Virus record (IMG/VR): IMGVR_UViG_3300027969_000001
Location: 1-64,000 of that record
DNA: 64,000 bases
Reading direction: 5' to 3' (one strand)
From: a virus
Shown: one piece after another, positions 25,980-35,718 of the stretch
Layout: the number at the start of each line of letters is the position of its first letter
Position numbering within the stretch: position 1 is the stretch's first letter
Translations under genes and position numbers: made by a program
The notes under the pieces: generated by a model
Seen by the model: only the letters and a program-made list of their open reading frames with translations
Database searches by the model: none
Told to the model about the DNA's origin: nothing

Positions 25980-28751
25980 GTGCTACAATTAACTAGTTAT
26001 TTTGGGAGGGCTGGGCCTAAATTGAAGTTGTCAAACAAAGACGTCAATAGATTGACGCGATTCTTGGTTTTATTTCCCCTTGTATTTCTGGCCATATTTT
26101 CTCCTCCACTTTCGAAGTCCGGCGCGTCAACAGTTATAACAAATGGCAGCTTTAATGGCTCTGACGGCTGGACAATAGTTCAAAACGGTGGAAGCGGGAT
26201 GGTCTTTAACGGAGCCCTTAGATTTTCTTACGCAACTGGAGAAGTAAGTCAATCCTTTACAGTTAACCCGGGAGACACTGTAGAGATTTCTTTTACTGTG
26301 GATAACTCCTCAACCAACAGTGTTGGCAGGGGGGCAATATCTGATACGTGGAATGTGTCCCTGGTATCCGGAAGCGCTTCAGCAACTACTGGCAGAACAG
26401 TTGCCCACAACCAAGAAGCGTTCACTTTGACGCTGACGGTTCCGTCCGGTGCATCTTCTGCAACCCTGGACTTCAGCGGAATGGATAATGGATACTGGGC
26501 CGGGGTATATGGACCAGTAGTAACCGCTGTTTCGGCAAAAATAACACCTGCCCCCACCTCGCTTTTAGTCACCAGCCTTGCTGACGACGGCTCTGAAGGA
26601 ACGCTTCGCTGGGCAATAAACCAAGCAAATGCTACGGCTGGTGGAATTTATGACTCTATTACCATCACAGCAGAAGGCACAATCACACTAACTTCTAGCC
26701 TTCCATCCATAACTCAAAGTCTCACAATTACTGGTGCCGGAATATCCAAGACGATAATCGACGGAAACAACCAATATCGCTCCATATATAACAACGGTAC
26801 TCGCAATATATCTATTAGTGACATGACCTTCAAAAAGGGAGCAAACGCTACAGGGGGTATTGTTTGGTCAAACAATGGAACGTTTACAGTTACTAACGTA
26901 AAGTTCACCGAGTCTCAAAACTATGCCTGGTATCAGCAAAACAACACAGTAACTACTTTCGAGTCGTGCCAGTTTACAAATCTTGTTTATGGCATTCGTT
27001 CAGATTACGGTTCAACTCCTTCCGTAAAGAGTGAAGACTCCGCATATGGGGACCGCATATATATTAAAAATTCTCAGTTTTTGAATAACTCTTATGGTCT
27101 AGCAACTGAACGTTTTGTAAAAATTGAAAACTCAGTATTTTCAAACAATGTAGTTGCTGCGCAATTACAAGGGCTCAACCGCATACAGGTGTACGGGTCA
27201 ACATTTAACAACAACGGAACTGCTATCTATATTTTTTCATGGATACCCACTTCTTGGACCCCGGGTTTGGATAACCAAGTAATCGATGGAAATATATTCT
27301 CTGAAAACTCCAACGCGATAAACATTAATAACTATTTTAGCAATGGCACAAAAACCATGAACGGGAACAACTCAAACTCTTGGTCTACCGTACGTTCTAA
27401 TAACTATAGCGAAAATGCGACTATATATGTTGGTTCAGGATTTATTGAAGATAGCAACACTATTGTAACTACTACAACCAGCACTACAAGTACAACTACT
27501 ACAAGTACTTTGCCTCCAACTACTACTACAAGTACAACAACCACTAGTACTAGTACTACTACAACCACTATCGAACCAGAATCTGAGACAACTACAACAG
27601 TAGAACCTGAACCAGAAACTACAACTACGGTTTCACCTACTACAACAACACTTATTGAAAAAATATTTGACCCAGTGGAGGTAACCCCAGTTGAAACACC
27701 CGCGAGCGAAGGTGAAACCGAAAGCGATGGACCCGCCACCTCGGTACCACAATATGCCCCAGAACAAGAGACAACAACACAAACGGATGAACCAGCGATA
27801 GACGTACCCAAAGAAACTCAAGACGCAGCCGACGCTGCAGTTGCAGATATCTTTGACGCGCCTATATCTGACACAAAACTTGCGGATGCTGTTGATAATT
27901 TAATTGCCGATGCCGGAACTCCAGAAGAACTCACTGCTGTAGTTAATTCTCTTCTCGACCAGGAACTTACAGACACCCAGTTTGCAACAGTCATTGATTC
28001 CGTTTTCTCTGAATCTTTATCAGATGAAAACTTTTCTGCTGCAGTTGATGCTGTTTTTGCAGATACTTCTAAATTGAGCGATGAACAATTTGATACCGCA
28101 GTACAAGCAGTCTTTGATGAGCCCTTGTCAACCGAACAATTCAGTGCTGCTCTTGAAGCAGTTTTTGATGAACCAATCTCGGATGAAAAGTTTGATGCCA
28201 TTATCTCTGCCGTATTAGATGAACCACTTTCTGATGAGCAGTTTACAGAGCTGGTAAACGTCTTAGAATCAGACACAGTTACTGAAGAGCAAGTAGCAGC
28301 TGCGGTTGACTCTGTTATTGAAAACGGTGTAACCGAAGACCAAGCCACCGAACTTGCTACCAGCGAAAAGGTTTTGCAGAGCATTGACGGAGAACAGGCA
28401 ACAGAAATCTTTGACGCTGTTGAAATTTCAAATGTAACCCCAGAAGAAGCAGCAGCCCTAGTTGCAGCGGTTCAGGACGCTCCTACTGAAGTCAGAGAAG
28501 CGCTGGAATCGGAAATTAACGTATTCGATGGTGCTATTGACACGTATGTTCCACTTGGTTCCATAGTAGACGTAGGAACGCGAAGAGTTGTCGTAGCAGC
28601 AGCGGCGGCTGCAGCAAGCATGACAATGGGTGGAGCCTCTCCATCGGCTCCATCTGCGCCAAGTGGTAGTGGTGGTAGCGGTGGAGGAGATGGCGGCGAT
28701 TCAGCACCATCCGAAGACAAGAAAACTTCTAATAAGAGGAGAAGAAAGTGA
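25980..28751 (+). CDS. Large exported/surface protein: CBM-like, beta-helix, Thr-rich linker, acidic helical repeats
   Basis: Signal-like hydrophobic N-terminus; GTLRWAINQAN; poly-T; LSDEQF.A.V.AV repeats; start uncertain. Confidence 0.65.
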   Translation: MLQLTSYFGRAGPKLKLSNKDVNRLTRFLVLFPLVFLAIFSPPLSKSGASTVITNGSFNGSDGWTIVQNGGSGMVFNGALRFSYATGEVSQSFTVNPGDTVEISFTVDNSSTNSVGRGAISDTWNVSLVSGSASATTGRTVAHNQEAFTLTLTVPSGASSATLDFSGMDNGYWAGVYGPVVTAVSAKITPAPTSLLVTSLADDGSEGTLRWAINQANATAGGIYDSITITAEGTITLTSSLPSITQSLTITGAGISKTIIDGNNQYRSIYNNGTRNISISDMTFKKGANATGGIVWSNNGTFTVTNVKFTESQNYAWYQQNNTVTTFESCQFTNLVYGIRSDYGSTPSVKSEDSAYGDRIYIKNSQFLNNSYGLATERFVKIENSVFSNNVVAAQLQGLNRIQVYGSTFNNNGTAIYIFSWIPTSWTPGLDNQVIDGNIFSENSNAININNYFSNGTKTMNGNNSNSWSTVRSNNYSENATIYVGSGFIEDSNTIVTTTTSTTSTTTTSTLPPTTTTSTTTTSTSTTTTTIEPESETTTTVEPEPETTTTVSPTTTTLIEKIFDPVEVTPVETPASEGETESDGPATSVPQYAPEQETTTQTDEPAIDVPKETQDAADAAVADIFDAPISDTKLADAVDNLIADAGTPEELTAVVNSLLDQELTDTQFATVIDSVFSESLSDENFSAAVDAVFADTSKLSDEQFDTAVQAVFDEPLSTEQFSAALEAVFDEPISDEKFDAIISAVLDEPLSDEQFTELVNVLESDTVTEEQVAAAVDSVIENGVTEDQATELATSEKVLQSIDGEQATEIFDAVEISNVTPEEAAALVAAVQDAPTEVREALESEINVFDGAIDTYVPLGSIVDVGTRRVVVAAAAAAASMTMGGASPSAPSAPSGSGGSGGGDGGDSAPSEDKKTSNKRRRK

Positions 28752-28921
28752 AAACACTTAAAAAAATAACAAACGAATTCCACTCACTGGCATGGACAAT
28801 TGCCGGTGCAGCAACAGTTCTAATTACACTCTCGGGTGATACAAGAACTATGGGTTTATGGATATCGGGCATTGCGCTTGTTGTTCATCTGCTTGGAATA
28901 ATTTTCAAAAAAAGCGAATAA
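28748..28921 (+). CDS. Two-TM small protein (57 aa, not in ORF track)
   Basis: GTGA overlap with upstream gene; MKTLKKITNEFHSLAWTIAGAATVLITLSG... Confidence 0.55.
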   Translation: MKTLKKITNEFHSLAWTIAGAATVLITLSGDTRTMGLWISGIALVVHLLGIIFKKSE

Positions 28922-29050
28922 AGCATAAAAACTATTTACTCAATAAGAATGCAGGCATTTATTTTGCTGCATTTATATGGGGTACAATATTAGAACGTTT
29001 CCTGTCAAGGTAGGAAAATGTCGGTTATTCACAAACAGATGGAGTCTTCA

Positions 29051-29569
29051 ATGGCACGCAAATACACTGGCAATACTGATGGAAATTCAGGCAAAGCTCT
29101 TCCAGGAACACAAAAGCTTTTAGAACTTTGTGGGAAAAGATGGGGTTTTACGAACCTGGGGATTTGGGCCAATAGGTCGATGAAAAATCCTAAGGCGATT
29201 CCTGGTGACCCAAAATGGTTGAGCGTTCACGCAACTGGACGTGCCGTTGATATGGGCTACACAGACCGTAAGAAAGCGGTAGAGGCTTGGAATTGGTTCC
29301 TCGCTAACACTGCGGCGCTTGGTATCGAAGAGATGCATGACTATGCTTTTGATAAAGACAAAGCAGACAAAGAAGCTGGCTGGGGTCGCGGTTACAGATG
29401 TTCTCGCGGCGAAGGCTCAGACCCTAAATCGGTCAAGATTTATGATGAAAATGATAATGCTGGCTCGCAAGGCGGGCATTGGCTGCACATAGAACTTTCT
29501 CCAGAGATGGGCAAAGACGCAACCAAGTTTGAGGCTGCATGGCGCGCCCTTCCAAAGCCTGGTGCATGA
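29051..29569 (+). CDS. Endolysin-like Zn peptidase (M15-type)
   Basis: SVHATGRAVD and HWLHIE motifs; GGAG RBS before 29051. Confidence 0.7.
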   Translation: MARKYTGNTDGNSGKALPGTQKLLELCGKRWGFTNLGIWANRSMKNPKAIPGDPKWLSVHATGRAVDMGYTDRKKAVEAWNWFLANTAALGIEEMHDYAFDKDKADKEAGWGRGYRCSRGEGSDPKSVKIYDENDNAGSQGGHWLHIELSPEMGKDATKFEAAWRALPKPGA

Positions 29570-29575
29570 TTCCGA

Positions 29576-29803
29576 ATGGAAGCAATTACAGTTGCTCTCA
29601 TAACGGTAGTCGGTGCCGTGCTAGTTGCCCTTGTTGAAAAAGGACGACGTGAAAACAAAACCGACCATGGAGTCGTTTCTGAAAAACTTGACATGATTGG
29701 TAAAAACTTAGGTCGCTCAATTGACCGCGTAGAAGCAACCGTTGTTCGTAACGAAGTAAAACTAGATGAGCATATTCGTGACCACGCAAAAGGGGATGTC
29801 TGA
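29576..29803 (+). CDS. Membrane-anchored lysis-region protein
   Basis: N-terminal TM, ends LDEHIRDHAKGDV. Confidence 0.6.
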   Translation: MEAITVALITVVGAVLVALVEKGRRENKTDHGVVSEKLDMIGKNLGRSIDRVEATVVRNEVKLDEHIRDHAKGDV

Positions 29804-30033
29804 TGGCAGGCAAGAAACCAGCAAAGAAATCAGCAAGTTCAAGTGCGGTAGCACCAACACCTAAGGTTGATACAGGAATAAATGTTTTGTATCTCGGATA
29901 CAAGGGTGTGAAGCATGTTTGCCCTGTATGCAACAGTTGGCGCGGCAAAGGCATGGTTCGTGAATACAAGTCTGTTCTCTATTGCAGTATTGGTTGTGTT
30001 ACTTCTTTCAAGACCATTTCAGAGGGAAACTAA
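29803..30033 (+). CDS. Small Zn-binding protein, paralogue of 31024-31275
   Basis: MAGKKP start, CPVC...KGMVR...YCS..C. Confidence 0.55.
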   Translation: MAGKKPAKKSASSSAVAPTPKVDTGINVLYLGYKGVKHVCPVCNSWRGKGMVREYKSVLYCSIGCVTSFKTISEGN

Positions 30034-30128
30034 TGAAAAAAGATTTGTTGGTTAATGTCCTTTTACGAATTCTTGCAACTTTTGCCGCATCTGGTCTGGG
30101 CGTTATCGGTGCAGGAACTTTGGATTGA
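30033..30128 (+). pseudogene. Truncated holin-like paralogue of 31548-31880
   Basis: MKKDLLVNVLLRILATFAASGLGVIGAGTLD*; similarity breaks at the 12-bp repeat. Confidence 0.7.
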
Positions 30129-30991
30129 CCAAGACCTATGTTGAGCGTTCCTGACCACATTGTGAAGCCGCCGTACGCAGAGACTGGCAAGGTCACGCGC
30201 TGGCAGGAATCTGCTGTGAAGTCCCCTGAAATTATTGAACGCATGCGCATTGCGTGTTCTGCTGCTGCCGAAGTACTACGCCTTGCAGGAGAATTTGTTC
30301 GTCCAGGAATAACCACCGATGAAATTGATGTGTATGTGCATAACTTGTGCATTGAGCGTGGTGCATACCCGAGCCCATTGAATTATTCGGGCTATCCAAA
30401 GAGTGTGTGCACTTCAGTGAACGAAGTGATTTGTCATGGAATTCCCGATTCACGCGTGTTGCAAGACGGTGACATCATTAATCTTGATGTCACCACATAC
30501 ATGAATGGCGTTCATGGCGACACCAATGCAACATTTGCGGTAGGCGAGATTGACGACGAGAGCCGCAACCTAATTTCTGTAACCGAAGAGTGCACATGGC
30601 GCGGCATTGAAGCCGTTGTTCCTGGTCGCCCACTAAGTGACATTGGAAAAGCCATTGAAACCCGAGCAAAACAAGACCAAATGAGCGTTATTCGCGCCTT
30701 TATTGGTCACGGTATTGGCGAGCAGTTCCACACCGATATTCAGGTGCTGCACTACTACGACAAGAGCAACAATACAATAATGCGACCTGGCATGACATTC
30801 ACGATTGAGCCGATGATTTCACTTGGCACATGGCAGCACCGCATGTGGAACGACGGCTGGACAGCAGTCACTGCAGACGGCAAGCGCACCGCGCAATTTG
30901 AACACACCGTGTTGGTCACTGAAACTGGTGTTGATGTATTGACAGGTGGACCAATCACCAAAGGGAAAAAATGAGAGTATGGATTGACCAA
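30121..30991. repeat. 12-bp direct repeat TGGATTGACCAA flanking map (30121-30132 and 30980-30991)
   Basis: Both copies read directly. Confidence 0.85.
30138..30974 (+). CDS. map: Methionine aminopeptidase type I (probably N-terminally clipped)
   Basis: CTSVNEVICHGIPD, DIINLDVT..HGDTNAT, GHGIG..FH, FTIEPM, TAQFEHT. Confidence 0.95.
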   Translation: MLSVPDHIVKPPYAETGKVTRWQESAVKSPEIIERMRIACSAAAEVLRLAGEFVRPGITTDEIDVYVHNLCIERGAYPSPLNYSGYPKSVCTSVNEVICHGIPDSRVLQDGDIINLDVTTYMNGVHGDTNATFAVGEIDDESRNLISVTEECTWRGIEAVVPGRPLSDIGKAIETRAKQDQMSVIRAFIGHGIGEQFHTDIQVLHYYDKSNNTIMRPGMTFTIEPMISLGTWQHRMWNDGWTAVTADGKRTAQFEHTVLVTETGVDVLTGGPITKGKK

Positions 30992-31024
30992 CACATTCGT
31001 GACCACGTAAAGGGAGATGCCTGA
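30971..31024 (+). pseudogene. Chimeric remnant: ferredoxin-like start MRVWIDQ fused to lysis-protein tail HIRDHVKGDA
   Basis: Direct translation; tail matches end of 29576-29803. Confidence 0.5.
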
Positions 31025-31275
31025 TGGCCGGTAAAAAACCAACAAAAGCTATTGCTACCCAAAACAAGCAAAAAGCAGTACTTGACCCTGCAATCTACGG
31101 AATTAGCGTAAAATACATAGGTACCAAGTCATCCCCGTGCCCTTGTGGTGAATGTGGGAGAAACATGGTTAGGGGAATGATAAGACTAAGAACGAATGAT
31201 TATTTTTGTTCAGAAGTCTGCGCATTTAACTCGCATCTTAAAAACACCAAGACACAAGAAAGTACAATCTCATGA
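31024..31275 (+). CDS. Small Zn-binding protein
   Basis: MAGKKP, CGEC..RGMIR..FCSEVC. Confidence 0.55.
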   Translation: MAGKKPTKAIATQNKQKAVLDPAIYGISVKYIGTKSSPCPCGECGRNMVRGMIRLRTNDYFCSEVCAFNSHLKNTKTQESTIS

Positions 31276-31487
31276 GAAAATTGTCACCAGAAGAGAGAGC
31301 GGCAAAGCGCGCTCTTACAGAAACAGCAGCACCAGTAGCGGAAGCAACTTCTAAAAAATCTAAGAAAAAAGAAGTAGTCGAAGAAGCCGTACCTGCAGAA
31401 GAAGCCGTACCTGCAGAAGAAGCCGTAGCCGAAGTTGCTCCAGCAACAGAAGAAGAAGTATCAGTAAAAGAAGAAGCTGCTGAATAA
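31272..31487 (+). CDS. Low-complexity Glu/Ala/Lys protein
   Basis: EEAVPA repeat (18-bp duplication). Confidence 0.5.
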   Translation: MRKLSPEERAAKRALTETAAPVAEATSKKSKKKEVVEEAVPAEEAVPAEEAVAEVAPATEEEVSVKEEAAE

Positions 31488-31547
31488 AACTTCCTGTTAG
31501 GAAAGTTTCAGTAATCAATTTCTTTAAACAAACAGGACAACCATAAG

Positions 31548-31880
31548 GTGAAAAAAGAGCTTATATCCAGCATTTTAATGCGAATACTAGCTACTTTTGC
31601 CGCATCTGGTCTTGGTGTCATAGGTGCCGGCACAATAGCTGGCGTGCCTGTTTGGAAGTCTGTATTTATGGCTGGTCTTGCTGGCGTAGCAACTGTCATA
31701 GAAGGTCTTTCTCGAGCCTTCCTAGATGATGGAAAACTAACCGCATCAGAAATCAATGCTGTCTTCTCTCGCTTCGATAAAAAAGATGTATCAGATAGTG
31801 AAGTTGCCAAAAAAGAAGAAGCAACTAACGCTCGTAAAAGAAAAGCAGCCGAGACAACTACTTCTACTGTAGAACAATAA
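31548..31880 (+). CDS. Holin-like membrane protein
   Basis: Two TM segments, DDGKLTASEINAVF, charged tail. Confidence 0.6.
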   Translation: MKKELISSILMRILATFAASGLGVIGAGTIAGVPVWKSVFMAGLAGVATVIEGLSRAFLDDGKLTASEINAVFSRFDKKDVSDSEVAKKEEATNARKRKAAETTTSTVEQ

Positions 31881-31952
31881 AGAAATGGTACGTTGTTAGT
31901 AGCTGTTAGCGCGTGTAAAGAGACGTAGTACTTTTTATAGATTTATCTAAAG

Positions 31953-32306
31953 TTGGAACAGATGGCTCCTAAAATCCAGGACACCGAACAGGTTTGGCAT
32001 AACGATAAACACAAACTCAGCTTGCGCATAAACAAGTCCGAGTTAGAGATAATGCAAATTATCTGTCCAGAAGAAGGACTTCACGCCTGCACTAACAGAG
32101 ATGGCGTGTGCGTGGTTCAGCACTTTATTGGACTGTATGGACTTGATTGTAATGGTGGAGTGTGTCCAGCCCAAGAACACTTAGAAATATGCTGGACACT
32201 CATCGGTGACGTTAATGATGTTGAGTCATCTCAGCTTTGGTTTATTCCTCTTGCTGACGAGGTGTTTCAAGCATGGATTGTTTCAAACCAGGAGCCACAA
32301 CCCTAG
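31953..32306 (+). CDS. Hypothetical protein
   Basis: 117 aa ORF with several Cys. Confidence 0.5.
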   Translation: MEQMAPKIQDTEQVWHNDKHKLSLRINKSELEIMQIICPEEGLHACTNRDGVCVVQHFIGLYGLDCNGGVCPAQEHLEICWTLIGDVNDVESSQLWFIPLADEVFQAWIVSNQEPQP

Positions 32307-32757
32307 ACCTACTGGGTCTATTGTTTTTACGCCTACAGGCTTCAATGTACTTCTGATTGGCTTCTTCAAGGATGGCATCCTCTCTGTCTATATTGTCAAG
32401 ACTTAAAAGCGCCCCCCTCTCCGCGACATCAGCAAGCCTCTGCCTAAGAGTTGCTACATACATCTTCCCAAGCATTTTGTCTCTTGTTTCTCTGTAGTGA
32501 TTTACGGATATGTATATCTCGTTTATGCCGGATGAAGTTATAAACCAGGTGTCTTCTCCAGACTTGTACAAAAGCTCATTTTTCTCCATTTTTCTAAGCA
32601 ATGGACGTATATCACTGTAATGACGCTTACTGAACTTGCCAGACAAACACTCCTTTACTTCCATTGGAGTGAACGAACCTCTACGCATTCTTGCGAAACA
32701 AAGCGCATAATACGAAAGAGTGCCGTAACTAACTAGTGGGAATCTTTGTTCTGACAT
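32242..32757 (-). CDS. Putative winged-helix protein
   Basis: LRKMEKNELL....TWFITSSG pattern. Confidence 0.45.
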   Translation of the reverse strand: MSEQRFPLVSYGTLSYYALCFARMRRGSFTPMEVKECLSGKFSKRHYSDIRPLLRKMEKNELLYKSGEDTWFITSSGINEIYISVNHYRETRDKMLGKMYVATLRQRLADVAERGALLSLDNIDREDAILEEANQKYIEACRRKNNRPSRSRVVAPGLKQSMLETPRQQEE

Positions 32758-32771
32758 TGAATAACATTGTA

Positions 32772-33206
32772 TTAGAACGGTTCCTGTTCGCCAACTTCTT
32801 CTTGTTCAGAAAATTTAATAGTTTCAACAGCGCGTAGAACATGTTGTATATCAGGCTGTTCTTTAATTAATTTATTATTTAATCGATAGACATTTTGTCG
32901 GTTAACTTTTGTCTTTGTAAGAAGCCCTGAAGATATAAGGCTTTTAACAGTTTTATCTATCATTGTTTCACTGAGGTCAAGATAAACAGAAACAGCACGA
33001 ACTGTCATTGTTGGGTCTTGAATTAAAGAAATTAAAACTCGACCACTTGTGGATAACAAATTAACATCCGTATCACGATGATACCTAAGTATTTTTTTAT
33101 CATCCAGTGCTTCCATTATTTTCTGCACGGCTTCACTAGTTCCACCTTCTGAAGTGATGGCTTTTTCTATCGCTTTTTTAATGTCATCGTTTTTTGCGTT
33201 CTTCAT
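32772..33206 (-). CDS. Winged HTH regulator (MarR/ArsR-like)
   Basis: DPTMTVRAVSVYLDLSETMIDKTVKSLISSGLL..NRQNVY. Confidence 0.7.
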   Translation of the reverse strand: MKNAKNDDIKKAIEKAITSEGGTSEAVQKIMEALDDKKILRYHRDTDVNLLSTSGRVLISLIQDPTMTVRAVSVYLDLSETMIDKTVKSLISSGLLTKTKVNRQNVYRLNNKLIKEQPDIQHVLRAVETIKFSEQEEVGEQEPF

Positions 33207-33325
33207 AGATACCTGTACATGATGGGGTAGGGTGGGGTAACATCTGGGGTGTCATAGAGACCGACATTGAGAGCAACACTTGATGAGAAACACCACATAA
33301 TTACAGACACTAGCAGGAGGGGCGA

Positions 33326-33604
33326 ATGCTCAAAGATACTCTCAAAGAACTAATAGCAAAGCCGGACAATACGTTCGACAATTGCAAACTAGGTTCCATT
33401 ATTAATAGCCAAGACAAAGAGACCCAAAAGGTACTTATAGACGCACTTAGTGGAGACATATCCACGATGTCACTTATAAGGGCACTTAACGCCGAAGGTA
33501 TCAAACTCAGCAGAGAATACCTAGGTACAAAGAGGGCCGGATGCTTCAAGAACGAAAACGGTAGCAATTCCTGCTGCATTAACAACAAGTCAGAAAGTAA
33601 GTAA
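33326..33604 (+). CDS. Hypothetical protein
   Basis: AGGAGG RBS; 92 aa. Confidence 0.55.
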   Translation: MLKDTLKELIAKPDNTFDNCKLGSIINSQDKETQKVLIDALSGDISTMSLIRALNAEGIKLSREYLGTKRAGCFKNENGSNSCCINNKSESK

Positions 33605-33605
33605 A

Positions 33606-34856
33606 ATGGTCCCCCCAAAGAAAAAACCAGCAGCAGCTCCAAATCTTGGTGAAAAATTAAGAAATTTGAAGAATACGGCCGAAACAGCCAAGGCCACTGT
33701 AGACGGTGAAAAAAACTCAAAAAAAACACTCAATGACATCGCGCAGATGCTTGCTCGTAAAGGTATCGACCCATCCGAAGTTGGCTCAATCAAAAAAGTT
33801 TCGCTTTACCAGTCGGTAACAAAGAACCCAGATACTGGCGAAGCAATAGTTCACGACCTTCAAGCCATCCAGTTCAGCCCTTCGTGGGAGACCGGACCAG
33901 CTTGGCCTGTTATAGAACAAGGGCCTCAAATACAAATACAAAAGGTAAAGACAAAAACCGGCAAGCCCAAAGCATGGGAGACCGCAGTTATCGTACCTGA
34001 TATACAAATAGGTTTTTACCGTAAATCGCTCGATTCTTTTGAATTAGAGCCAATTCATGACGAAAAAGCCATAGCAGTTGCTCTTGAAGTAATAAAGAAC
34101 ATGAACCCTGACCAAGTGGTTCTCGTAGGAGACAACCTCGACTTTGCGGAATTCGGCAAGTTTCTTACCGCCGCACCATTTAAACAGATGGTTCAAGCCT
34201 CAATTGACCGAGCAACCATGCTTTGTGCACAATTGCGCGAAGCAGCGCCTACTGCCAAAATCACATGGATTGCCGGAAACCACGAAGCAAGATTGGCGCG
34301 ATACATCCAAACCAACGCAGAAGCAGCTTTTGGCATCACCCGAGGTAAAGCAGATAAATTTAGAGAGACCTGGCCTGTCCTTTCTGTGCCATTTCTTTGC
34401 AGAATGGATGAATTCGGCGTCGAATATCTTCCCGGTTACCCAGAATCAGCTCACTACATCAACTCAAACCTGATGATTGTTCATGGAGACAAGGTTGTTT
34501 CAAACAACTCAACCACCAAGAAGTATCTGGACAATGAGCGTATATCAGTTATTTATGGACATATCCACAGAAATGAGTACGCCTACAGAACTCGCCGTAC
34601 AGACAAGGGTCCACGAACAATCATGGCCGCAAGTCCTGGATGTCTCTGCAGAGTAGACGGCGCTGTTCCATCCACGAAATCAGGTATGGACGAATTTGGT
34701 AGACCACTCCTCCAAGGAGCCGAGAACTGGCAACAAGGACTAGGAATAGTTACTTACCAGCCTTACGGAGTAGGCGAAGAGTGGTTCAACTACGAACCAA
34801 TGTGGATTTACAACGGCCGAGGCATCCTTCGCGGAGTGGAGTACGTTGCCCAATGA
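33606..34856 (+). CDS. Calcineurin-like metallophosphoesterase
   Basis: PDIQ, GDNLD, GNHE, HGD, GHIHR motifs. Confidence 0.85.
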   Translation: MVPPKKKPAAAPNLGEKLRNLKNTAETAKATVDGEKNSKKTLNDIAQMLARKGIDPSEVGSIKKVSLYQSVTKNPDTGEAIVHDLQAIQFSPSWETGPAWPVIEQGPQIQIQKVKTKTGKPKAWETAVIVPDIQIGFYRKSLDSFELEPIHDEKAIAVALEVIKNMNPDQVVLVGDNLDFAEFGKFLTAAPFKQMVQASIDRATMLCAQLREAAPTAKITWIAGNHEARLARYIQTNAEAAFGITRGKADKFRETWPVLSVPFLCRMDEFGVEYLPGYPESAHYINSNLMIVHGDKVVSNNSTTKKYLDNERISVIYGHIHRNEYAYRTRRTDKGPRTIMAASPGCLCRVDGAVPSTKSGMDEFGRPLLQGAENWQQGLGIVTYQPYGVGEEWFNYEPMWIYNGRGILRGVEYVAQ

Positions 34857-35086
34857 GCGGATACGACTTTGGCGAGAACATGCCAAACCTCAGAGAAGAC
34901 CTAGAATCCTTAAGAGACAAGGGTCTCATCGATATTGTTGGGATAAATGACGAGGGAGAGTGGCTTTACAACCTTTCCCCCACATCAAAACAACTTGTTG
35001 AAGAACTTCGCCATGAAACCGATGACATATGGGGTACTATCGCATTACTCATGGAAAACATGATGGAGGAAGAGCGTGACCTATGA
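34853..35086 (+). CDS. Hypothetical protein
   Basis: Start moved to MSGYD (ATGA overlap). Confidence 0.5.
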   Translation: MSGYDFGENMPNLREDLESLRDKGLIDIVGINDEGEWLYNLSPTSKQLVEELRHETDDIWGTIALLMENMMEEERDL

Positions 35087-35718
35087 CAACAATAATTGGC
35101 ATACAGGGTGATGGCTTTTGTATAGCAACAACTGATTCTCGCATCTCAGAGCTTGAGGGCGGGTCTAATTTGATTTCGCAATTTGTCAGTCTAAAAGAGA
35201 CGAATACGAAAATAGCCTTAAATGGTCGCTACTTGTTGGGCGCGGCAGGGGATTTGCGCGCCATAAACATACTGCATCACGCTTTCCAGCCTCCGCCGGC
35301 ACCGCCAACACTTAAAGGCAAGAAGCTCGACCACTTCGTTACAGTTAAATTTATCCCAGCTTTAAGAGAAGTATTCGAGTCTTCCGGATACGCAATGCCT
35401 GATAAAGATGAAAAGACTCACATGGCGGAGCATGCCTCCACTGTATTCATGGCCATAAACGGCACTATCTATATCATTGATGGAGATTACTCCTGGATAT
35501 CTGACTCCTCTGGCTTGTTTGCCATAGGGAGCGGAGCCCAATACGCACTCGGTTCTCTCTATACACAGATGCCAAAAGGCAAACTAACCCTGCCAATGGC
35601 AAAGAAAATAGCAATGCGCGCAATCAATGTGGCCGCAAAGTTTGACCCATATACGGGAGCGCCGTACCACGCCTTCGTACAGGGAGCCGAAAAACCCCCT
35701 GCACCTAAGTCTCAATAG
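35083..35718 (+). CDS. Ntn-hydrolase, proteasome-beta/HslV-like protease
   Basis: N-terminal MTTIIG nucleophile, DSR, AIGSGAQYALG, DPYTG. Confidence 0.85.
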   Translation: MTTIIGIQGDGFCIATTDSRISELEGGSNLISQFVSLKETNTKIALNGRYLLGAAGDLRAINILHHAFQPPPAPPTLKGKKLDHFVTVKFIPALREVFESSGYAMPDKDEKTHMAEHASTVFMAINGTIYIIDGDYSWISDSSGLFAIGSGAQYALGSLYTQMPKGKLTLPMAKKIAMRAINVAAKFDPYTGAPYHAFVQGAEKPPAPKSQ

